Shown piece by piece: positions 38,004 through 49,985 of a stretch of DNA of 59,931 bases (position 1 is the stretch's first letter; the number at the start of each line of letters is the position of its first letter). Source of the stretch: Geosiphon pyriformis uo1 (Eukaryota; Fungi; Glomeromycota); contig JAAOMT010000760.1 in assembly GCA_016748015.1 (NCBI GenBank), positions 925,234 through 985,164 of the forward strand, read 5' to 3'. The notes under the pieces are model-generated. The model ran no database searches. It worked only from the letters and a program-made list of their open reading frames with translations, and was not told where the DNA came from. Made by a program: the position numbers and the translations under genes.

Positions 38004-41000
38004 TTGGAATCAACTTTCAATTTCAATTCAAACTTCAATAACAATGATAACAAAAACAATGGTTCCAGCTCTACTCAAAATGGCAATGAAAATACTAACA
38101 ATTCAGACTCTGATTCAAATCCCAAAACATATATCACACTCTTTGATCTTACCAAGAAGCAAGTACTGAAATAGTACAGCAACAATAACAAAAGTATTAT
38201 GCCAGAACATGTGCATGATATTAATACAGAGTTTGATTTAAGATATCCAGGAAAAGATGCTATCAAATTAAAACCACATTTGTGCACTTGCATTGATCTC
38301 AAAGTAGCACTGAAAATTCCAGCAACAACAATGATTCAATTAGCATCCAGAAGTAGTTTAGCGAAAAAAAAAATCAATATCAGAGGAGAAATAATTGATG
38401 CAGAATATGTAAAAAATATTATTGTCATGCTATAAAATAACTCAGAAAAAGCCCATATTATAAAACCAAATGAAAAGATAGCACAGACAATATTTCTGCT
38501 TTTGGTGAAAGTAGCTTAATTAGTATTAGTGAGAAACAGAGAAGAATTAGGAATTACAGCTAAAAGAATACAGAGATTTAGATCCACAAGTAAAATAAAT
38601 GTACCAGTTAATATGGAAAAGAAAAAGGTTATTGACAAGAGAGAAATTATCTCCACCCATCAACCAATCTTTATTCCACCATATAACTAATACATAGTAG
38701 TCATAAAGAGAAAAGTGAAAAATCAGGTACAGATTTTTGAAGCAGAAACAACACTTTGTGAATCAAGAGAGATTAGATTAATTAATCTACACATATTAGC
38801 AAAAAACCAAAGACACATCAAAATTTCTATTTACAACAACACAGAAGACATCATTGAGATACCAGAAGAAACTATCATCAGCTATTTAACCACCAAAATT
38901 GAAGATCAATTACCAAACCACATTCCAGACTTTCCACAACTGTGTAGATATGTGGATATTACATCTTAAACAATATATGGACAAGAAAAATGTTATCTGC
39001 TCCAACCAGAACAATTGGAACAGATGAACTTGAGAAATCTAAACTCACTACAACATATGCAACTCAAGATGTTGCTTAACAATTTTAATGACATTTTTGC
39101 CAATGAAATGAATTTGGCAGAACTAACATAATCCAACATCAAATCAAAACTGAAGATGTGATGCCAATGAAACAAAAAGCATACAGAGTACCACCAGCCA
39201 GCCATGAGATTATCTGTTAAGAAATCAATTAGATGCTTAACAACAGGCTAATTCAGCCATTAATAAGCCCATAGTCATTACCAGTGGTACTGGTTCATAA
39301 AAAGAATGGAAAAATCTGCTTTTGTATAGATTACTAAAAATTGAATGGATTAACTAAAGGTGATAACTACCCAACTCCAAAGATCCAAAAATTATTCAAT
39401 GCTTTTGGTAGAAAAAAATAGTTCTCAACATTAGATTTAAACAGCAGTTATTGGCAAGTAATCATGAAACCAGAAGACAAGAAAAAAACAGCTTTCACAA
39501 CTCAGAAAAAAAACTTTGAATTTGAAGTAATGTTATTTGGTTTGATGAATGCTCCAGCCATATTTCAATGGTTCATGGAAATTGTTTATACTAGACTGCT
39601 ATAAAAATCAGTAGTTCTATACTTGGATAACACCAATGTGTTCTCAAAAACATTTGATGATCATTTGCATTATCTCCAACAAGTATTTGAAAAACTCAGA
39701 TGAACAGGATTGAAGTTGAATGCAAACAAGTGTTTCTTTGGCAAAACAGAACTCAAGTTTTTGAGACATATTGTAAGCAAAAACAACATCAAAACAGATC
39801 CAGATAAGATTGCAATAGTAAAAAACTTTCTAGTACTAACCAACTTGATAGAACTAAAAGCATTTTTGGGATTTACAGGCTATTATTACCATTTTATCAA
39901 GGACTTTTCTAAACTGGCTTAGCTATTTCATTATCTACAAACCAAGAATGTGAAGTATAAATAGACAGAAGCTCAACAAAAAGTGTTTGACACATTAAGA
40001 AAAAAACTTATTTAAGCTCCAGTGTTAATGTATCCAGATCACAGCAAACTATTCATCATTACCACCGATGCATCAGGCCAAGTATTAGGAGCAGTATTAT
40101 TACAGAAAAGACCAGATGGAAGAGATCATCCAGTAGCTTATGCCAGTAGAAGCTTAAATCCAGCTAAAAAGAACTATAGAACTTCAGCATTAGAACACTT
40201 AGCAATCTATTGGGCTGTTACCAAATAGAAAAAATACTTGAGTCAAAAGTTTGATGTGTATACTGACCACAAAGGATTGATTTCAATTCAAAAGCAAAAA
40301 TTTGGAGATGATTGTCATACAAAATAGAAAATAGCATTATCACCATATACATTTATAGTACATTATAAAAAGTGAAAAGACAATGGAAATGCTAACAGTT
40401 TGTTGCAAATAAAGCAAATCTAAGAACATTTCAACTCAAAAATATAGAAAAATCAGAACAAACCAACAAAAAATATAACAAAAAATGGATATACAAAAAT
40501 ATTAACAACTTCAACATTATATAAATACCCAATTGTTTAAGGAAAAATTATCTCAAAAGGAACAAAACAACATAAAACAACAATCAAAATATTTTATCAA
40601 CTATCAAAATATATATTACCAGAAAAACAGAAAAAATCCAGATCAACCAACTAGAATAATTACAGAACTAGAAAAAGAGACAATATTGTTCAACATGTAT
40701 TTAGATCCAACAGCAGAACATTTTCACAAAGAAACAACCATAAAAAAAATCTGAAAAAGATACTATTGGCCATCTATGTATCCAGACATTATCCAATATG
40801 TTCAAAATTGTAATGCTTGTCAGAAAAGAGAAAGAACAAAATCCAGTAAACTATTGAGACCAATCAAAGTGGGACAACCATTTGATTACATTAGAATTGA
40901 CTTAGTCAGATTATTAACAATAACTAGCAGAAACAACAGATATATAGCAGTTGTCATGAATTATTTCACTAAATGGCCAAAAGCAAAGGCCATTCAAAAA

Positions 41001-42572
41001 GCAGATGCAAAATTCGTTGCCAAATTCATTCATCAAGATTTGATCTGTTAACACAGATGTCCAAAAAAACTATTATCAGATCAAGGAACTCACTTTGTAA
41101 ATAAAACATTAGCTGAACTAAGCCAAAGATTTGGAATCAAAAGACTATTATTATTACCATACCATCCACAAACCAATAGGTTAGTTAAAAAGTTCAACAG
41201 AATATTATGTAAAGCAATAGCCAAGATCAGCCAAGAAAACCAAGACAAATGGGATTTATTCATACTATTAGTATTATTTACTTATCAAACAATGAAGCAA
41301 AACACTATACAAGCAACACTATTTGAATTAGTATATGGTAAAACAGCAATATTACCAATTGAGATAAAAGTTAACACTTATCTAACAAAACCAATAACCA
41401 AAGACAATTTTCAGGAAATATTGCTAAAAAAAACATATGACTTAATAGAAACTCTAGAAAACAATCGGTGAAAAGCAGTTGATAACATTCAAAAATTACA
41501 AGAAAAACAAAAAAAAAGACATAATAACCAACTACCCAATAAACCAGTTGAATTCAAAATAAGAGACAAAGTACTTTTACATCATATCAAAGCAGAAAAA
41601 CAATGGAGTAGAAAATTTGATCCCAAATAAGATAGATCATTTTACATAGAAAAAATTCTAAGAAATAGTGCTTATAAATTAAAATTAAACAACAAAGTCT
41701 TAACCAAAGCAGTACATAGAGATCAACTAAAATTATATCAAAACAGAACATCAGCATCTACCAGTAAGATTTCACAACTGGAAGCACAAAGAATACTAGT
41801 TCAACTAGAGGAGATTCCACAAGATCTAGAACCAATTATAGTTATTAAACCAAACACATTAAATTAAACAATCATAAGAGTATATAAAGACATGGTATAT
41901 GCAACAAAAATAACAAAAAAAAAAATAGAAATACCAGATCATATTCACACTTTAGCTCAACAACTGTTTCAGACTTTAAGCCAACAATAAGTCAACATCA
42001 AAATTATTATCAACAACCAAATAATCTGTTATTGAAACACCAAACAAAAAGAGAAAAGTACACTATATTAGTGACCACAGAAACAATCAATAAACTGGTC
42101 AGATAAAATAGTAGAGAAAGTGAAAAACACTTTTGGGAAAATAACCACCATTATTCTAATAGAAAAATTGATGAAAAAAATTGAAACCAATGGATAGACC
42201 AACTTCCAATACTATACTATTACTATTAATTAGGACAAAAAGTAGATATTCAGAAGTTATATCTTGACAAATCTAAAAAAATCTTTAATCAAAAAATAAT
42301 CTGGAACATTGAAGACATTATTGGAAAGAAAACAAATGTGACACTACACATCAGGACTATTTATTAACTACATATTATCTTTTAAAACTACCCAGAAGGA
42401 TTGTTACACTTTAACATAAAAACAATAACTATTAACCAATAGGGAAGAATAAACAATTCACAAATTGAAGAAATAAAAAGTAAAGTGGAACAGATGCTAC
42501 TTGAAAAAAAAGTATTAGACATAATTCAAAATGAGAATTTCGACAGAGCTCAATATTAAAAAGAGGAGATAA

Positions 42573-43462
42573 TATTACTCATAAAAAGAAAAACAAATAT
42601 AAAAAATAGTAAACCAATGAGAAAGTAATAGTTAGCACATAAGCACATTACTCAGCAATATAGAGCAATATTAGAAATCATGGCATATTATTCAGCAATG
42701 TAAAGCAATATTAGAAAAACAGGCATATTGCTCAGCAATATGGAATGATATTAAAAAATTAGGGCACATTGCTTAGCAATGTGAATATTGCTCAAGAAAT
42801 CATAGCACATTGCTTGGGAATGTGAGTGATCTCATAGAACATCAATTATATATATATAGCAGTAGCATTAGAAGAAAAAAAGACAAATCTTTCAGTTTAG
42901 ATTTGATTTAAACAATCTTTTACATTCCAAATATCAAATAAATAATTATTTACTATCTCAAATTCTCTTTCTACTATCAACTCTTCATGTTGATAGTAAT
43001 TGATACTTAAACATACTAGAACAATAGCTTTTAATCACAATTATTGACGGGATACTAACTTATGCCTTGGCTTATTTCTTTATCTTCTTTATTTCTTTTA
43101 TTTTTTTTTCTTTATTTTGTTGTATTTACTAATTGATTAAAAATAAAGTGCTGAATTATTGACATCATAGATAGCCTGGTAAAAAACCCAGAAATAAGAG
43201 TAGAATTATATATATATTAACAGATAACTTACCAGAAGAGCATGACTGCCAAAGCAAATTTGGCCACCAAGCTGAGAAAGAAATTGAGAAAACAACTTAC
43301 TAACAACAGTCATATTATTATTAACTCTCTGTTCATTATACAAAAGACTTAACCAAAACTTTCAGATCCATAATCCAACAACAACCGATATCAATTAAGA
43401 TATTGAGCACCAAGTTACATTTTTGTTATTTGATTTGAGACTTCAAATAATCATCTGTAACA
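42573..43462 (+). repeat. 3' LTR of B2
   Basis: TATTACTC...TGTAACA after the PPT. Confidence 0.96.
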
Positions 43463-45990
43463 ATAGCAATATCTTTCAAGATAAAAATTTTCAAATTGTT
43501 TCTAATTTTATTGAAATTGTAAAACATACCCTACTTTTTAATCCAAACATCATTTTTACTACTGAAAACTACTACATGATAAAAAAAAAGCTTTTTTAAA
43601 TCAACATAAGTTCCTTAGAACTTTAACAACAAAGACAATTAAAACAGTTAATAGCTAAATTTGTTAATATATTTGTAAAAAACAACAATGATTTAAGAAA
43701 AACAAATATCATTCAACACCAAATCCATACAGGAAATGTTTTATCAAAATAGCAATAAACTTACTGAGTTTTACTTTCTAGCCATCAATTTATTAGAGAA
43801 AAGGTCCAAAAAATGCTTAAAAATAGATTGATTTAACTATCAAGAAGTTTATAGACCTTATTAGTGATTCTTGTAAAAAAAAATGGAAAAATCAGATTTT
43901 GTATTAATTATCAACAATTAAATAGTGTTATAATTAAAGATATATATTTACTTTTAAAAATTGATAATATGCTAGATGCTTTGGAAAAAGCCAAGTTTTT
44001 TTCAACATTAGACTTAGAAAGTAAATACTGGCAAATCGAAATAAATCTTAAAGATTGTCTCAAACAGCATTTACAACTCAAAGAAAAAACTATAAGTTTA
44101 ATATTATACTATTCAGACTTTATAATGCATCAGCAATATTTTAGTAACTCATAAATATTGTTTATAAAAAACTTCTATGGTAATCAGTAGTTATCTATTT
44201 TGATAATACTAATATGTATTTTTCAAGCTTTGAAACTTATTTGATTTACCTGTAAAAAGTTTTTCAATAATTATGGAAAGCAGAATTAAAATTAAACATT
44301 GAAAAATGTTACTTTGAAAAAACAAGTTTGATTTTTTTTGGTCATATTGTCAGTAAGGATGAAATATTACCCAATTCAAAAACAATTAGTGCTGTAAAAA
44401 ACTTTAAGGCTTCTCAAAATACCACAGAACTGAGAAAATTTGTCAATCTAGCTTTCTACTATTAAAAATTTATCAAAAAATTTTCAGAAATTGTCAAACT
44501 TCTTAATTATCTTATCAACAAAGATATTAAATACCAATGGACTTTAGCACAATAAACTGTATTCAACACTTTAAAAAAAAAATTCATAATAGCACTAATA
44601 TTTGCTTATCTAGACATTAATAAATGATTCTAGTTAATTACTGATGCTTCACACATAGTTTTTAGTGCTATCTTATCACAATTAGATAACAATGGCAATG
44701 AGCAAGTAATTGTCTATACTAGTAGAACACTCAAATCAACAAAACTCAAATATGGCTCAACAGAATTAAAAGCTGTCACAATCATTTAGGCTCTCAAATA
44801 TTTTTAACAATACTTGAAAAATAGGAAAAAATTTGACATTATAACTAATAATATTTCTCAAATGGCTCAATAAAAAGAAATTTGAACAAAGTGCCAAACA
44901 ATTTTAATGAAATAATTTTCTAGCAGATTACAAATATATTGTATATTACAAATCTAAAAAATTACATACCAATGTTGATAGTTTTTTAAGAATAAGACAA
45001 GATTAACACCAATAGCAATTTTACTACAACTTACTAATTCATTAATAAATAATAATCAAACAATAATGAACTTCAAAACTACAACATCAAAAACTATTTA
45101 GAGATTCTTACTATGCCAAAAAATTAGTTTTCAATTAAAAAACACTAATTACAACACCAAACAAAACAATACTTTATTTACTACAATAAAATTTATTATC
45201 AAAATTGCAGAAACCCATTCAACTTATTCAGATTAGTTTAATAAAACAAAAAAAAAACAATTTTATATAACATGTACACAAATACTTTATTAGGACATCT
45301 AGAAAAAAATAGCACAATACAAAGAATACTTGAATATTATTTTTGGCCCCAAATGCAAAAAAACATTTAATAGTATATAAAATTATGTGATAATTGTTAA
45401 AGAAGAAGAGAAATTCGACCCACTAAATCTCTAAATTCAATCAAAGTTGAACAACTTTTTGACAGAGTTGGTATCAATTTAGTTAAACCACTATTCATCA
45501 CAAACCAAGAAAACTGTTATATTGCAGTTGCAGTAGATTATCTTACCAAATGGCCCAAAACCAAAGCTATTTAAAAAGCAGATACCAAATTAATAGCAAA
45601 TTTTATTTATAAAAACATCATTTGTAGACATAGATGTCTAATTAAACTTTTATCAGACCAAAAAACCCATTTTGTGATCAACCTAATACAAAAAATTTGT
45701 GAACAATTTAATATCAAAAGATCTTTATTATCATTTTATTACTTATAAACAAATAAATTTGTAGAATATTTTAACAAAATATTGTGTAAATCATTAGCTA
45801 AAGTCTAAATTAATTTTGAGCAGAAATAAAATATTTTTATTTTTTTAATATTACTAGCATACAGAATACTAAAACAAGATATAATAAAGCACACATTATT
45901 TAATTTAACTTATAGAAAAATAGCAATACTACCAATTAATTTTACAGTAGAAACATATCCAGTACAACTAATTACTGAAGAAAACTTCCA

Positions 45991-46696
45991 ATATTTTGTT
46001 GACTTTAAGTCTTATGTTAAGGCTTTTATTTTTTGAGATCTTCTGATTTTCTATTTTTGGTATCTCTTGCCTTTTCTTTAATTGTTGTTAGTAATCTTTT
46101 GGTATTATCTTAGTTGTTTTCTTTGGAATCTGATTTGGTTAAGCTTTTTGTGTTAGTAAAATCTATTGTTAAGTCTGTTAATTCTTTGGTCAAATTGTCT
46201 AAATAATTCATTAATGAAAATTTGGTTTCAAGTAGTAAACTTAGTTTTAAAGTCAATAAGATTATAATGTATATGAGTTCTGTTAGTAAGATTGTTAATA
46301 AGTTGGGTAAAAAAGTAGTTTCTTTGAAAAAAAAATACTGCATAAAAAATATTAATATGTCTGGTGATTTAGAGCTTTCACTTATTATGAGTAATAAGAT
46401 GTTTTTTAATTTAATATCTCTTTGAGAATATGAGTCTGTTGATATTAAAACTAATGCCTTGAAAACTGCCAAATAACTGGTTAGATTGGTTTTTTATAAT
46501 ACTACTTTGTTTTTTGTTATTTAAAAAATATCATCTTTGGGTAAGTTTTCTTCTGTAGTATTAGTGTAGTATGTTTTTAACTGGTCCAAATGGCTAGTCA
46601 TATGTAAAAAATACATGATTAGTGTTTAGTTTAGATTAGTTAGTTTGATATATTGTATTTGGGTCTCATTTATTAAACTTTAATAATAATAAAAAA
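45991..46696 (+). mobile_element. ORF1-only LINE derivative E1, 3' part
   Basis: Decayed coiled-coil ORF1 C-terminus stops at about 46569, followed directly by the LINE 3' tail (TGGCTAGTCATATGTAAAAAATACATGATT) and an A-rich end. No ORF2. Confidence 0.75.
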
Positions 46697-47339
46697 TTAA
46701 AAAATAATTAATAATTAAATTTAAAGTTTTTTAAATATTATAAAAAATAAAATAGTATATTAATAAGTTAATACTTTTATATTATTAATTAAATCTAAAA
46801 GTTTTAGTTTATTTTAAAGTTTTAATAGTTAAATTATTTGTATAATAAATAGAAATTCAATAATAATAATAGATATTATTTAGTGTTTTTTTTAATAAGC
46901 AATTTAATTAAGTAATTTTATATCTATTTTTGTATTTTTTAATTAAATAATTTTTGATATTGTAATTTAAATACTTTTTTTTAATCAATTTATAAATAAA
47001 AATTAAAAATAAAATAATAAATTAATAGTTTAGTAATAGTTTTTATTTTAATATAATTAGTAATATTAATATAATATTATTAATATTAAATTAAAAATAA
47101 ATAATTTTTAATAAGATAAATATAAATTTATAAAAATTTAAATATGAAATAATTTGAATAATAATTTTATATAAATAAATATTTAATTAAATAAAATATT
47201 TTTTTTTTATGGCTTAACAATATGATCTAATTGATAAAATATATAAAAATTATAAAAAAAAAAAGTTTTTTTTTCTTTTTATTTTATAATTATAATTAAA
47301 ACAAAAAGTAAAAAAGTTTCAAATATTATTTTTTTTATA

Positions 47340-49380
47340 ATAATTAATAAAGTTTCAACAAAAAAAAATTTTTTTTATTGTTGAAACAGCTAAATAAAAT
47401 GTTTTAATAATGTTTTTTTTAAATATTAATAGTAAAAAACTGTTTTTAACAGCTTTTAAACCATTTTATTTATTTTTAATTAGTGGTTTTTTTTTAATTA
47501 ACAAGCTAATTCTTTGTTTTTATTATTATTATTATTATATTATTTTATAAATAATCAAAAAAACCAAAAAATTAAAAAACAACAATAGTTATTTATATCT
47601 GTTATTATTATATTAAATTTTTTGGTAATTTTAAATAAAATCTTGATTAAAATTTCTTTAATAATAACTAGTCTTTTTTTTAATATAAAAAACAATAACA
47701 ATAGTATATTATTCATAATAAGTTAAGATTAATTATTAATTATATTGTTAAATATAATGTTTTTTGACAAATTATTATTAATTTTAGAAGCAAAACAACT
47801 AATTAGATTATCTAATTTTAAGAATTAAACAGACTAAATAGAAACTATATTTTTTTTTGCTTCTTTTTTTCTGGTATTGACTTTAATAATACTTAAAAAA
47901 CAATTTTTAATTATCAAAAGTTTTATAAATAAGTAATTTTTATTTTAGTATTTAATACAATTTTTAAAATCAAATTAATTTTAATTACTTTTTTGTTTTA
48001 TTTGTTATTTAGCTTTGTTGAATTTAAATTAGTTTTCAAAAACAATATTAAGTTGTTTTGTATAAATTTTGTTTTTAAAATTTTTTTAATTATTATTATT
48101 AAAATTTTTATTAATAGTTTTTTTTTTAACTATGTTTAAAATTGCAAAATTTTTTGTAATAGTTATTTATTATATTTTATAATGTTTTTATTAATATACT
48201 TATTAATAATATTAAAAATGCTCTTGGTATTTTTGGTGTTATTATTTCTGTTAAATTAAAATTTATTGGTTTGTAACAATATATTATTATTAATTTCAAA
48301 ATTTTTTTTTTGCTATTACTGTTTATAATAATTAGTTTGTATTAATAAAAAAAATAGTGTTTAAATTTATTTATTTTTAATCAAAAAAAAATTATTACTT
48401 TAAAAAATTTTTTAAGACCAAATTAGTCAATTTTTTTTTAAATATATTGTTTTTGAAATTAATAATATAATTTTTTAGATTAATAATTATATTTGTTTTA
48501 TTTTTTATTTTTCTTATTTTTATTATTATTAATGTTTACTGTTATTACTTTAAGATTTATAAGTTATTAAAGCTTGCTATTATAAAAACTAATACTTTAT
48601 ATAAATATTATATTTAATAGAAAACTTTTAATTGCTGTTATTGCTATAAATATTAAAGTTTAAACTATTTATTTACTAAATATAAAATGTTTTTTTTAAG
48701 TTGTTTCTTAAGTTTATTGCTAACTTTAGATTTTTTTTATAAGTAAAAAGTTTTATACAAAAACTTCTACTTTTTTGGCTTTTTTATTGCTTTTTTAATT
48801 GTTTTTGCTATTAATTCTATTGGTTTTTTAGTTGTTTTAATAAAATTTATTATTAAATCTATTGGTTTTTTAGTTGTTTTGATAATTTTTTTGGTATTTA
48901 ATAATATGTACAAAGTTACAAAATTAAAAAAAATTTGCTTATTATGTTTAATGTTTTCCAAAATTTTGTTTTTTTTTTAGCTAATATATTTAAAAACTTT
49001 GTTGGTTTTAAAACTGAAATTAAACTTAGTAATATAAAAAATAATAATTTAAGTACTATTAAAAAATATTTTTTAAATAAAAAAACAAATGAATATATAG
49101 TTACTTTATGATAAATATTTTATTCTAAAATTAAGAATAGTATTAAAAAAATTAAATTGTTTTTAAATAAATTTATTTTTGATTTAAGAAATTTAAATAA
49201 TATTATTAAAAAATTTAGTAAGTAAAATTTACTCTTGGCATTTTTTGTTTTAATTTAATTAATGCTTTAATTAACTTAAGTTATTAGTCACATATAAAAA
49301 ATACATAATTAATGTTTAATTTAAGTTATTTAATTTAATATATTATATTAGATAGTTTTTAAATACATTTTTTTTATTTA
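47340..49380 (+). mobile_element. ORF1-only LINE derivative E2 (very decayed)
   Basis: About 47550-48650 aligns by eye to the reverse complement of 58100-59230. LINE tail motif at 49286-49310. Confidence 0.65.
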
Positions 49381-49439
49381 GAAATATATAACATATATAC
49401 ATCATTAACTAAATAACTTTTTTGTAACAAATTTAAAAA

Positions 49440-49966
49440 CTGTCTCAAATAATAGCATGTTTAAAAAACATTAAAAAAAGTTTTTTATAATTCTGTTGAT
49501 GGTTTTTTTACAAAAAAAAATTTTTGTTAATAATAATAAATATTTTATAAGTAAAAAAAATATATTTTTGATCAAACTTGGTTCTTGAAATAATATTTAT
49601 TCAAATATAGTTAGTAAGTTTAATAATAGTAAAAATAGTAATATTTTTTGGGTTTAACAATTATTATATTTAAAGCTAAAAAAATTAATACTAATTTAAA
49701 ATATAGCTTTTTTTTGGTTTTTTTGATTTTAACATAAAAAAATTAAAAAAACTCTTTTTTTTTTACAATATTTCTTTAGAAAAAAAATAGATTTATTTAA
49801 AAATAGTTAAAACATAAATAAAAGTCTCTATTAAAAAATTTTTTACTTTGAATATTAATCTCTTAACAGTTAAAAATACAAGTCATTAAAATTTTTTTTC
49901 AAGAGTAAATAGTTTTAAAAAAAACTACTACTTCCTTAAAATTTGAAAAAATTATCAGATTAATAT
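49440..49966 (+). mobile_element. Decayed LINE 5' end / ORF1 N-terminus (probably the 5' end of L2)
   Basis: KKFFTLNINLLTV and KFEKIIR match L1 ORF1 RKSFALNINLVAV and KFGGIIR. Cut off at the Tn5 end. Confidence 0.65.
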
Positions 49967-49985
49967 AGATGTGTATAAGAGACAG
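49967..49985 (+). other. Tn5 mosaic end (Nextera adapter), library/assembly artefact
   Basis: Exact 19-mer AGATGTGTATAAGAGACAG joining two unrelated truncated elements. Confidence 0.97.

Larger units (their letters stand above)
32410..43462 (+). mobile_element. Gypsy family B copy B2 (structurally complete, pseudogenised)
   Basis: LTRs, PBS at 33296, PPT at about 42558-42570, perfect TSD ATAG. Contains gag, PR (~35700), Cys-rich region (~36330-36960), dUTPase (~38160-38590), RT/RH (~39020-40423), IN (from 40485) and ORF3 (from 41892). Confidence 0.96.
26591..45990 (+). mobile_element. Gypsy family A copy A2, 5' LTR (~26591-27523, first ~20 nt lost) to integrase core; hosts solo LTR C and B2
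   Basis: Colinear with A1 from about 4330 to 11898 once the insertions at 29934-30726 and 32410-43462 are removed. Confidence 0.92.

Noticed and set aside
38004-38012. TTGG after the LTR as a PBS
   Set aside because: It is the TSD, and host B2 sequence follows.
46700-47340. Interstitial telomeric repeats or another element after the E1 tail
   Set aside because: Almost pure A/T with no hexamer periodicity or recognisable homology; left unassigned.
48767-48961. Repetitive 64-aa minus-strand ORF
   Set aside because: Antisense to E2 ORF1 and produced by a short local duplication.
49967-49985. Genuine Tn5/IS50 insertion or horizontal transfer
   Set aside because: The mosaic end is synthetic. 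There is no transposase, second end or TSD.
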